From: an uncultured Eubacteriales bacterium | GTDB taxonomy: Bacteria; Bacillota; Clostridia; Christensenellales; CAG-1252 | NCBI GenBank assembly: GCA_902797685.1 | Contig: CADBTQ010000012.1 | Coordinates: forward strand, 8,753-72,752 | DNA length: 64,000 nucleotides | Reading direction: 5' to 3' | Shown: positions 40,628-50,900 of the stretch, piece after piece | How positions within the stretch are numbered: position 1 is the first letter of the stretch | How the letters are laid out: each line of letters begins with the position of its first letter | Position numbers and translations under genes: made by a program | Notes under the pieces: model-generated | What the model saw: the letters and a program-made list of their open reading frames with translations, nothing else | What the model was told of the DNA's origin: nothing | Databases searched by the model: none

Positions 40628-42838
40628 TTAGCCTTTGGGACGGGTGGATTTGACCAAAGTCAACACGTTGTTGGGCTCTATCCGCTCGTAAGACGCCGAA
40701 GCGCAAAGGCTTTTGACGATGGTGATACCGAAGCCGCCCAAACCGCTGCCCGCCACCAACGATTGGTCTGCAACGTTGGGTTTGACGGCAAGAGGATCGA
40801 AAGGCGCACCGTTGGACGAGACGGTCAAGACCACGTTGTCGTCTTGCTCTTTGGCGTCGACTTCCACCGCAAAGCCTTTGCCCGTCTTTTCGTAGGACAC
40901 CAAATTGTTGAGCAGTTCGTCGAAGATGACGTCAAACTCCCCCAATACGCTTGCGTCCAAATGGGCAAACGCCGAGTTAAACGCATCGGTCACCTGTTCG
41001 ATCGCGCCGAAGTCGGGATCTTCGATGCGGACGTGATACGATTTGCCTTTTGGCTCCCCTTTGGGCATAAACAGCAACATGGTCACGTCGTCGAACGGCT
41101 CTTCCCCGCCCACGAAGGCGGATAGCGCTTCCCGCATGGCGGGTAACACGTCAAGTCCCTTGGCGTTGCACTCGCGGAGTACCTCGTTGATACGGTCGTA
41201 ACCGAACTCCTCGTTGAGCGAATTGATCCCCTCGTTGAGTCCGTCGGTGTACATAAAGAGGCGCTTGCCCCCGATCTTGCACTTGGACGCACGATAGGGG
41301 AAACCTTTGATCCCGCCCAACACGAAGTTGGGGGCCACTTCCATGCGCTCCACCCCCTCGCGGGAGAGGAGATAGGGTCTTTCGTGCCCCGCGCTACAAT
41401 AGGTCATCTCCCCACTATCGAGATCGATCACCCCCACGAAAGCGGTGACGAACAGACCCGCTTTGTTGTTGACCATCAACTCGTCGTTGACCGAGGTCAA
41501 CGCCGCGCCCAAGTCGTCGGTGGACTGCAACGCGTTTTTGATCAAGCCTTTGGCTTTCATCATAAACAAAGCGGCGGGCACCCCTTTGCCGGTAACGTCC
41601 GCAATGACTACCGCCAAGCGGTTGCCGTCCAAATAGAAGTAGTCGTAGAAGTCGCCGCCCACTTCCTTGGCGGGGGTGACGGACGCTTCCACTCGCGCCT
41701 TGTCGTCCTCAAAACAAGGAGAAGGCAAGGCTTCCATCTGTATCTCGGTGGCGATCGCCAATTCCGCGTTGACACGCTCTCTTTCCTTGGCGTCGCTCTC
41801 TATTTTGAGGGTGTAGCGGATGATCTCGTCCTCTAAGGTGACGAAAGACGAGGACAACAGCCCCAATTCGTCCAAGGCTTTGATTTGGGGATCGATGACT
41901 TCCAATTTGTCACCTTGGAGCACCTTGTCGGTAAAGGACTTGGTACTGTCGGTCAGTTTGGTGATGTTTTTGATCAGTGCGAAGTGCACCAAGAGCGCAT
42001 ACGCCGCGACCAAAAGCACGGTCACCACCGACAGAGCGATCAATTCCAAATAGAGGAAGGTATTGACGGACTGCACCAAAGACTTTTCGTCGTACTCGAT
42101 AAACACGGTGGCGACGTACTCGTTTTCAAACACACCTTCTTCGATCTCCACGTCGTGATACAGATCGAAATAACGCATAGTGTGTCCGCCAAAGACGAAC
42201 TCTTTGTCCCCCTTGTCGGGGTTGGCTCCGTCCGAGTCGGTCATTTGATAGTAGTCGCCCGCAAGGCGCGCGCCCTCGGCGGGATTGTCTTCCAAACGGT
42301 AGTTGGAGTCGATCAGATAGACATACCGATCCCGATCCTCGTCGCGCCAAGCGACGAAGGCGTAATGCACCCCTTGGGTGGCAAATGCGGTCGCCAACTG
42401 CGCCGAGGTTTGGTAATAGGTATTGCGCCATTGCAGACTATACATGGACAGACCGATACCGATACCGCCGCCGGGGTACAGCTGACCGTATTTTTTGCCG
42501 CTGTAATACACGTATTTCTTTTGGGTCAAAGACAGTCGGGCGAGTTCTTCGGGTTGGGATTGATACCGCGCCGCCAAGTACGCGTCCATGCCCTCGTCGG
42601 TCGGGTCTTCCGCGTATTGAGCGCGCACGTACGTGCCGACCGCCGAGATGTCTTCGAGACGTCCCACGTCCTCGAAATAGCTTTCAAACTCCGCCGTACA
42701 ATGCTCGAGCGACTGATTGAAATTGGAGCGCGTCCTCTCGCGGTAGATAAAAAAGCTAAACAGAAAAGCCGCGACCATCAACGCGACGGACAATCCCGCC
42801 CCGATGAGGATGATCTTGGCTCGTATGCCAAATCGCAT
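40628..42838 (-). CDS. Transmembrane sensor / HAMP / PP2C (SpoIIE-RsbU type) phosphatase fused to a C-terminal RsbW-like GHKL (HATPase) domain
   Basis: 736 aa: TM1, a ~250-aa extracytoplasmic region, then TM2. The PP2C motifs are GGDFYDYFYL...VVIADVTGKGVPAALFMM...LFMYTDGLNE...DDVTMLLF. The C-terminus has the N-box DELLNNLVSY and a GLGGFGITIV G-box. Confidence 0.85.
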   Translation of the reverse strand: MRFGIRAKIILIGAGLSVALMVAAFLFSFFIYRERTRSNFNQSLEHCTAEFESYFEDVGRLEDISAVGTYVRAQYAEDPTDEGMDAYLAARYQSQPEELARLSLTQKKYVYYSGKKYGQLYPGGGIGIGLSMYSLQWRNTYYQTSAQLATAFATQGVHYAFVAWRDEDRDRYVYLIDSNYRLEDNPAEGARLAGDYYQMTDSDGANPDKGDKEFVFGGHTMRYFDLYHDVEIEEGVFENEYVATVFIEYDEKSLVQSVNTFLYLELIALSVVTVLLVAAYALLVHFALIKNITKLTDSTKSFTDKVLQGDKLEVIDPQIKALDELGLLSSSFVTLEDEIIRYTLKIESDAKERERVNAELAIATEIQMEALPSPCFEDDKARVEASVTPAKEVGGDFYDYFYLDGNRLAVVIADVTGKGVPAALFMMKAKGLIKNALQSTDDLGAALTSVNDELMVNNKAGLFVTAFVGVIDLDSGEMTYCSAGHERPYLLSREGVERMEVAPNFVLGGIKGFPYRASKCKIGGKRLFMYTDGLNEGINSLNEEFGYDRINEVLRECNAKGLDVLPAMREALSAFVGGEEPFDDVTMLLFMPKGEPKGKSYHVRIEDPDFGAIEQVTDAFNSAFAHLDASVLGEFDVIFDELLNNLVSYEKTGKGFAVEVDAKEQDDNVVLTVSSNGAPFDPLAVKPNVADQSLVAGSGLGGFGITIVKSLCASASYERIEPNNVLTLVKSTRPKG

Positions 42839-42848
42839 AGCCTTCTCC

Positions 42849-43145
42849 TTATTTGACGGTGAGCACGTTGATAAAGCCGGTCACCCCGAAGATCTCGCGC
42901 ACCACGGCGTTGATGTGGTGGATCTCCATCTCTTTGCCGGCGTCGTCCAACTCGCGCTTGAGCGCCAACAGCACCCGAAGTCCCGCCGAGGAGATGTATT
43001 CCACCTCGGAAAAGTCCAAGACGACCTTGTTTTCGGTGATGGTCTCGCTCTTGATGGCTTGATCAAACTGCGCCGAGGTGACGGTGTCCAATCTGCCGAT
43101 GATTTTGACGTTAAACTCTTGACCGTGTTCAAATCTGACTTCCAT
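42849..43145 (-). CDS. STAS-domain anti-sigma-factor-antagonist-like protein (RsbV/SpoIIAA family)
   Basis: 98 aa. LDFSEVEYISSAGLRVLLAL contains the conserved phospho-acceptor Ser context. Confidence 0.9.
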   Translation of the reverse strand: MEVRFEHGQEFNVKIIGRLDTVTSAQFDQAIKSETITENKVVLDFSEVEYISSAGLRVLLALKRELDDAGKEMEIHHINAVVREIFGVTGFINVLTVK

Positions 43146-44901
43146 TTTTTTGTTCTCCTAACTTGATTTTGAATACCGTATTATTGAGGTTGAGTACCCT
43201 CATATAATTCATTTCGTCTGCCAACCCCTCGATCAAGGCGATGCCGCCCGTGAGGTACTGTTCGTCCTGCTCGTACTCGTACTTAGTGGGGTCGAAAGGC
43301 ATGCCGTCGTCACGGATACGAAGGAGCATTTCCTCCGCCCCTATTTTGAGATTGACGTCTACGAAGTGGGCGGCTTGCCGCTTGTAACCGTAGTGCACGA
43401 TATTGGCGACCATCTCCTCGCAAGCCAAGCCGACCACCTGTGCGTTGCGGTTGTCCACCCCGTGGGACAACGCGAAATCGACCACGTCTTTGGAGACGAC
43501 CGCCGCGTTCTCTTCCCTGTTTTCGACCGAGATGTCAAAGGTATTGACGTCGTCTTTTTCCAACATGAACAGTCCGTGATATTGCTTGTGCTTGGCATTG
43601 TAGATCAGCACGAACGCGTACGTCACGATAATGACCGCCACCTCGGTGACCACCCGTGCCAGAGCAAAGCCGAACATACCGTTGGTTTTGAGTAACACCA
43701 AAGTCAACGGAATGATAAACACCGCTTCCCGCAAGATGACCGCCACGATAGCGGGCAGGTTTTTGCCGATGGCGGGATAATAGTTGGTCGAAAACTTGTT
43801 GATCTCCAAGGGGATCGCCGCAATCAGGTAGATGCGCAAGATGTACTCCACTTGTCCGAGAGAGAGGCCCGTCCCCTTAAAGCCGAACAAAGAGGCGTAG
43901 GCACGGGGCCATATCATAATGAGGGCGGTCAGGGCGGCGGTCACCGCGATATTGATCCAATAGATACGACTGACCACCGATTTGAGGGAGTAAAAATCCC
44001 TCTCCCCATGCAGCACCCCGCACACGTTGGGGATAAGTCCCAATATACCGCCCGAAAAGAGGTCGAACACAAAGATCAAGTTGCTCACCAAACCAAAGAT
44101 GATCAGATCCACCTCGGCGGTGATCATGCGGCTGAACACCACGTTGATGACGAAAGTCTGCACCGCAAGGAGCAAAAAAGTCAACGCGGTGGGCAGTGAC
44201 GCCTTGACAGCCGCGCCAAACTCCTTGGCAGCCCCTTTGAGGTTGAAGGTAAACTTGAGCATCCTCTTTTTGGAGCGGGCATAAAAGATGACGGTGACAA
44301 GCCCTACCGCATAGCCGAAGGGCGTAGACAAAGCGGCGCCGTACGCCCCCATCGAAAACACCTTGATAAACAAGATCTCCGCGCCCACCTTGACGGCGTT
44401 GGCGAGGATATAAAAGATAGAAGACAGGCGGGGATTGTTGTCGGTGGCGATAAAGGTCGCCAGCATCATGGCAAGCATGAGCACCGGGTCGGTCGCCATG
44501 TACACCAAGATATATTGGTAGGACTCCTCCACCAAACTCTCGGCAAACAGCCCCGCCAAGGGGCGCGCCACGAAGGGAGAGAGGATGGCGAACACCGCCG
44601 ATACCGCCGTCCCCCATATCAGACACGCCGAAAACACCTTGTTGGCGGCGACGAGATTGCGCTTGCCCAACAAGTTGGCGATGGCGATGGAGCCGCCCGC
44701 CGCCAAGGCAAAGCCGGGGATCTGTATGACGTACAAGACGGGCATGACCAAAGAGTCGGCGGTAAGCGAGTCCGATCCGATCATGTTGCCGATGAGGATG
44801 CCGTCTAATAGCGACCCAAACTGCATGGCAAAGATCATCAGCACCGACGGGAGCAGATATTGATAAAACTTTTTGTTGATCAGCTTGGCGTTGCGTTGCA
44901 T
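43129..44901 (-). CDS. MATE-family efflux transporter fused to a C-terminal RsbW/SpoIIAB-like GHKL kinase domain
   Basis: Start trimmed to ATG 44901 (TAATG overlap with the NRPS stop). The N-terminal ~445 aa is a 12-TM MATE domain (FYQYLLPSVLMIFAMQFGSLLDGILIG). The last ~146 aa (43132-43569) carry the N-box EEMVANIVHYG, G1 RDDGMPFDP and G2 GGIALIEGL. Confidence 0.8.
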   Translation of the reverse strand: MQRNAKLINKKFYQYLLPSVLMIFAMQFGSLLDGILIGNMIGSDSLTADSLVMPVLYVIQIPGFALAAGGSIAIANLLGKRNLVAANKVFSACLIWGTAVSAVFAILSPFVARPLAGLFAESLVEESYQYILVYMATDPVLMLAMMLATFIATDNNPRLSSIFYILANAVKVGAEILFIKVFSMGAYGAALSTPFGYAVGLVTVIFYARSKKRMLKFTFNLKGAAKEFGAAVKASLPTALTFLLLAVQTFVINVVFSRMITAEVDLIIFGLVSNLIFVFDLFSGGILGLIPNVCGVLHGERDFYSLKSVVSRIYWINIAVTAALTALIMIWPRAYASLFGFKGTGLSLGQVEYILRIYLIAAIPLEINKFSTNYYPAIGKNLPAIVAVILREAVFIIPLTLVLLKTNGMFGFALARVVTEVAVIIVTYAFVLIYNAKHKQYHGLFMLEKDDVNTFDISVENREENAAVVSKDVVDFALSHGVDNRNAQVVGLACEEMVANIVHYGYKRQAAHFVDVNLKIGAEEMLLRIRDDGMPFDPTKYEYEQDEQYLTGGIALIEGLADEMNYMRVLNLNNTVFKIKLGEQKNGSQI

Positions 44902-47900
44902 TAGATGTCGCTCCTTGTAAAGAAGTTGAGTGAATCGAGCGAGTTGATCGCGTTGCGCAAATACTGCTCGTCGGTAATGGGCCACTTGTAGCCCAAGTGA
45001 TACAGCGCTTTGACCGTAAACTGGTTGTCGGACAGGATAAACGAGTGGGTGTGCGCGTCGGAAGAGGCGTAGTTGAGCAGAGAGGACACCAACATATTTT
45101 TGCTGTCGTCCGCCATCATCTCGCGCATCGCCTCGTCAAAGCGAGCGTCCGAGACGACCTCGATATCGAAGCCCAACTCGTTCATGACCGCGACGATGTC
45201 GCCCATCTGCACCATGTGGGAGTTAGCGGCGTGGAACACGGTAAACTTGGAGTCGGTCTGAGACAACAACAGCACCACTTTCGCCACCTCGTCGATAGGG
45301 GTAAAGTCGACGGCAACGTCCATCGACCCCACCGGGAACTTGTGCAGCGTAGCGTACCCTTTGAGGTCGCGCATAAAGCCGTTGGTGATGGAGTTGGCTT
45401 GGAACTCGCCGTCGCTTTGCCGGCTCATGAGGTTGCCCACGCGGATGACCTTGCCGTCCAAGCCTTCGTCCACTCCTTCCAGTATCGCCTTTTCGGCGTT
45501 GAACTTGGAGTGCACGTACTTGTTGGAGATGTCCTGTCCAAAGTCGAGCATATCTTCCCTCATGCGGAAAGACTCGTCAAACTTGCCGTCCACGTTCTCG
45601 CCCGCGACCGACAGAGTGGAGATCTGCACCAATCTGACGCCCCTCTCTTTGGCGATGCCGATCAGGTTTTGCACCCCGCCCACGTTGACCCGCTCGATGC
45701 TGTCGTCCACGGCAAAGTGCTTGACCAAGGCGGCGCAGTTGATGATGGTATCGAACTCCACCTCTTTGAGTTTGGCGCCAAGATCGGGATCGGTCACGTC
45801 CGAATCCACGATGGTGACGTATTGTTCGAGCTTGTCTTCCAAGGGCGAATCGAAGTAATAGGCAAGCATACCCGTCAGTCTATCTTTGGCGTTGAGGCGG
45901 GAAGAGCGTGCCAAGGCGACCGTATGCACACCTTGGTCCAATAATTCTTTGAGGATATGGATGCCCAAAAATCCCGTCACGCCCGTGACGAGCACCTTGC
46001 CCAAGGGACGGCTGAAGTCCACGTCGTCCACGTATTCGGGACGATTGTAACCCATGGAGCCGACCACCACTTGGGGTTTGTCCTCCTCTTTGGCGGTCTC
46101 CCCCGACTTGGAGAGGATATGGCGTTCCAGATCCAATACGGTGGAATACTCAAACACGTCTTGGTAGGCGATAGGCAGGTTTTGTTGCAGCGCCAACATG
46201 GCGATCTTAGAGGCCGACAGCGACGTGCCGCCGAGGTCGAAAAAGTCCTCGTCTACGCCCACTTGTTTGACCCCCAACGCCTTGGCGAAGATGCCCACCA
46301 GTTGCTCCTGAAGCCTGGTGGTCGCCCCCTTGACGGGTCCTTTGTTTTGTTGGGTAAACTCCCCTTCGGGCAGGGCTTTCTTGTCGATCTTGCCGCTGGC
46401 GGTAAGGGGCATTTTGTCCAACTGCATCAACACCTTGGGGATCATGTAGGGGGTCAACGACTTGGACATATGCGCGATCAAATCGTTTTTGTCCACCGTG
46501 GAAGTGGCGGTATAGTACGCCGCGAGATAGTCCCCGTCGGTGGCGTTGGTCTTGACCACGATGATAGAGCGGGATACGGAGGGATAGGAGTTGAGCACCT
46601 TTTCGATCTCGTCCAACTCCACCCGCAAGCCTCTCAACTTGACTTGGTTGTCGAGCCTGCCGAAAAACTCCACGTTGCCCTCGGCGTTGTAGCGAGCCAA
46701 ATCGCCGCTGCGGTAGGCGCGCTTGCCGTCCACCGTGATAAACTTTTCGCGGGTCTTGTCTTCCATACCGAGGTAGCCGATACCCACGCACTCGCCTGCG
46801 ATGGTCAAGTCGCCGATGGCGCCGATAGGCAGGATATGCCCCGCTTGATCCAAGATATACAAAGCGGTGTTGGCAAGGGGTTTGCCGATGGTGACGTACT
46901 TATCTTCCACCTTGTGATAAGTGCAGGTGATGGTGGTCTCGGTGGGACCGTAACCGTTGTAGATGGCGGCGTGTACCCCAAGCGAACGCAATTTGGCGCA
47001 CAATTCCTGCGGCACCGCTTCCGCCCCCATATCCAACGCCTCGAACTGTTTGAGCGCGTCCACAAACTCCTTGGAGTCGATCACATTGGACACGAACGAG
47101 GGAGTCATAAACATCAGGTTGACCCCTTCCGCCTTGAGCGTTTTGGCGAGCAACAAGGGGTTTTCGATCTCCTCTTCGGTGGCGATCACGGCGGTATAGC
47201 CGTGGGATAGGGGCACGCACTCCTCCTGCAAGGACGCGTCAAACGCAAACGACGCAAACGAGCAAGACACCGCGCCGCCCTTGATACCGCGGTACAAGGC
47301 GGTACCGCGATTGGTGCCGTCCAATACGTAGTTGACGAGGTTGCGATGGGAGATCATCACCCCTTTGGGTTTGCCGGTAGAGCCCGACGTGTAGATGATA
47401 TAGCACAGCGAATCCTGCGGGATAGCGAGGTCGGGATTGGCGACCTTGTCGCTCTTTTGCGCCTCTTCCAACAACACGACCTCAAGACCGCTCTTGGCGA
47501 TCAGCTCTTGCTTTTGCTCGGCGATCTCCCCGATCGTCACGAGGTATTTTGCCGCCGAATCCTCGGCGATATACTCGATACGCTCGTCGGGGTACTTGGG
47601 ATCCACGGGCACGAAAGCACCGCCCGACTTGACGATACCCTGCCTTACCACGTAAGCGTCCGCGACGCGAGGCATCATCATCATGACCTTGTCCCCGATC
47701 TTGACGCCTGCGTCGATCAAGGCGTGCGCCACCTTGTTGGCGCGCTCGTTGAGATCCTTATAGGTGTATCGACCCCCTCTGCCCACCACGGCAAGGTGAT
47801 CGGGGTTGAGGCGGGCTTGTTTTTCCACTAACTGATTGAAAGACACGTCGGGAATGGGCTCGAAGGTCGAGTTGAACTCGGCGTACATCTCTCTGTCTTT

Positions 47901-50900
47901 GGCGGGCAAGGTATCGATATCCTTGATCGACTCTTTGCGGGACAATTCCCCAAGCACCAACTCAAACAAGCGGGCGAAAGAGTCCATACTGTCTTGGTTG
48001 TAGCAGGACTCGTCCCACTCGAAGTGAGCGCGGTACACCCCCTTCTCCAAAAACACGTCCACCGAAAAGGCGCTCTTGGGGGTGTCCGACTCGATCAAGA
48101 CCGATTCCACTTTGGCGTCGCCGATGTGATCGAAGGTAAACGAATCCCCTTGGTAGGCGAACATCACGTCCGCGGGCACGTCAAAGTCGGCGACCACTTC
48201 GGCAAACGAATAGACGCTGTTTTGCAGTTTGACGAGGTCTTCTTTCATCTTGGTCAAGCCGTCCAACACCTTGCCCTCTTCCTTGTACGCCATATACACG
48301 GGCAGGGTCTTGACGAGCATGGACACGGTGTTGGCGGTACGGGAAGAAGTCCTACCGTCGTAGATGGTGGTATACAGGCTGTCCGACTTGTACAAGTACT
48401 TGGACAGCGTAAACCCAAAAGCGTAGTTGAAATAGGCGTTGAGGGTCAGCTTGTGTTCGCTCACAAACTTTTTGAGCCCCTCGACGTCAAGGGTCAAGAA
48501 GTAGTCGTGCGAGCAAAGACGAGATTGCTCCTTGACCTTCATATCCTTTTTGACGACGTACTCCCCGTCCATATCTTTGAGGTAATCCGCATAAAAGGCT
48601 TTGGCAGCAGCCAATTTGTCCTCGGTGCGATCTTCCTTTTCCTTGAGGGCGACTTCGTAGCCCGTAAAGGTTTCCGCTTCCACCTTTTGCCCTTGGTAGG
48701 CTTTGCCCAAATCGGCGAGCAAGATCGCCTCGCTGGTGCCGTCGCAGAGAATGTGATGGAAATCGAGGAACAGATAGTCCCCGTCGTGGGCGTGGTAGAT
48801 CTCCGCCCGATACAGGGGAGAGGCGATCAAGCCGAAGGGGCGCACCAAGTCGGCGGGCACCGCTTCGGGCACGTCGTACTCGCGTATCACGGGAGCAAGG
48901 TCGCTGCGGCAAGCCAAAATGTCCCCGTCCTCGTTCATACGAAGGGTGGTCTTGACGTAGGAGTGGGCGTCGATGACCTCGCTAAGCGCCTTCTTGAGCC
49001 GAGCGATATCCATCCCCTTGGGGAGACGGAACAGGATGGGAATGTTGTAGTTAGTGGTGTTGGGATGGGCGGCGCACTCCACGAAGATGCCCTCTTGGGT
49101 CTTGGAGATGGGATACTCGGACAAGATCTCGTAGGTCTTCTGTTCTTCCGCACCCGCCAACGCCTTGGCAAGCGCGCGCACGGTGGGGTACTGTTTGAGC
49201 ATACCGTTATCCACGTCTTTGCCGAAGCGCTTGGACAGCATGATGGCAAAACGAATGGACGTCACGCTGGTCAGTCCCGCCTCGTAGACGTCGGTCGTCA
49301 CGCCGAACGAATCGGTGCCGATGATCCCTTTGAGAATATCGTAGATCGCCGTCTCGTCCTCACCCTCGGGCAACACCTTCTCCGCCGCACGTACCTGAGG
49401 CACGGGCAGAGCGCGTTTGTTGACCTTTTGGTTTTGGTTGAGAGGGATCTTGTCGATCTGCATGGTGTAAGCGGGCACCATATAGGGGGGCTTGCGCGAG
49501 GCGATAAACGCGTTGAGCGCGTCGATATCCACGGGGTGGTCGCTCACCACGTAAGCGCAAATAAACTTGATGCCCGAAGGATCGGTAAAGTCCTTGACCG
49601 TGGCGTCGGCGATCCCCTCGAATTGGCGGATCACTTCTTCCACCTCGGACAACTCCACGCGGAAGCCGCGGATCTTGACTTGTCCGTCCTTACGTCCGAT
49701 AAAGTCCAACGTGCCGTCCAGCAAGTAGCGCACCACGTCGCCCGTCTTGTACAAACGGCGGAAAGCGGGGTCTGGATCAAAGCCGTTAGTCAAAAACGCC
49801 TTGGCGTTTTCTTCCTCGCGATTGAGATAGCCGCGGGCGACTTGCGGACCCGATATATACAGCTCGCCCTGCGCCAAGGGGGGCAGACGGCGACCGTTTT
49901 TGTCTAAGATATAGGATTTGTAACAGCAGTTGACCTTGCCGATGGGCACGCGGTAGTACTTGCGGTCGACAAGTTGCGACGAGCAGTACACCGTCCCCTC
50001 GGTGGGGCCGTACGCGTTGTAGAGCGCATATCCTTTAGGCGGGTCGATGGGAACGAGTTTTTCCCCACCCACCGTGAGATAGCGCAAGGTCTTGGATTCG
50101 ATCATCTCCACGAATTGTCTGCCCACTTGGGTGGTCAAGATGGCGTGGGTGATACCGTTGTCGTTGAAATAGTCCCCCAACTTGATCAGATCCAGCCGCA
50201 TTTCGTCGGGAATGACGTACACGCAGCCGCCGTGAGTTAGGGCGGGGTACAAGTCCATCATATCCGCGTCGAAGCCGTAGGACGCGTACGCCGCCACCCG
50301 AGCGGTCTCGTCCACTTGGTGCGCTTGGGCGTGGAAGGAGCAAAAGGCGTTGATATTGCCGTGTTCGAGCATCACGCCCTTGGGCACGCCGGTAGAGCCC
50401 GACGTGTACAGCATAATAAACAGGTCTTGGGGACGGGGTTTGCCCGTGGGTTTGCCTTGGGGCAACGACCCGATCTCGTCGGTGTACAGCACCTCTCCCT
50501 CAAAGGCGGGCAACAACTCGCCCAAAGAGGGGTCTCGAATGATGGCTTTGCTTGCGGCGTCCTTGACCATAAACTCCAACCGCTCCTCGGGGTACGAGGG
50601 GTCCAACGGTTGGTAAGCGGCGCCCGACTTGATCACGCCCAAACTGGCGATGACGATGTACTCGGACTTGCGAATGAGAACGGACACCACGTCTTCTCTG
50701 CCGATCCCTTTGGATTGCAGATAGCAAGCGATACGGTCGCTCTTTTCGTCCACCTGAGAGTAGGTGTAACTCTTGTCCTTAAAGACCACGGCGGGTCGAG
50801 AGGGAAAGCGCTTGACCATCTCGGCAAAGTGGTCGAGCACGGTGAGGGCGGGGTCGATCGCGGAAAGATCCGCTTGGTTGAAACCGTCTAAGAGTCGCTT

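Noticed and set aside
44902-44985. 28-codon extension of the MATE-GHKL ORF
   Set aside because: It overlaps the NRPS 3' end. ATG 44901 forms a TAATG junction and yields a typical MATE N-terminus (MQRNAKLINKKFYQYLLPS).
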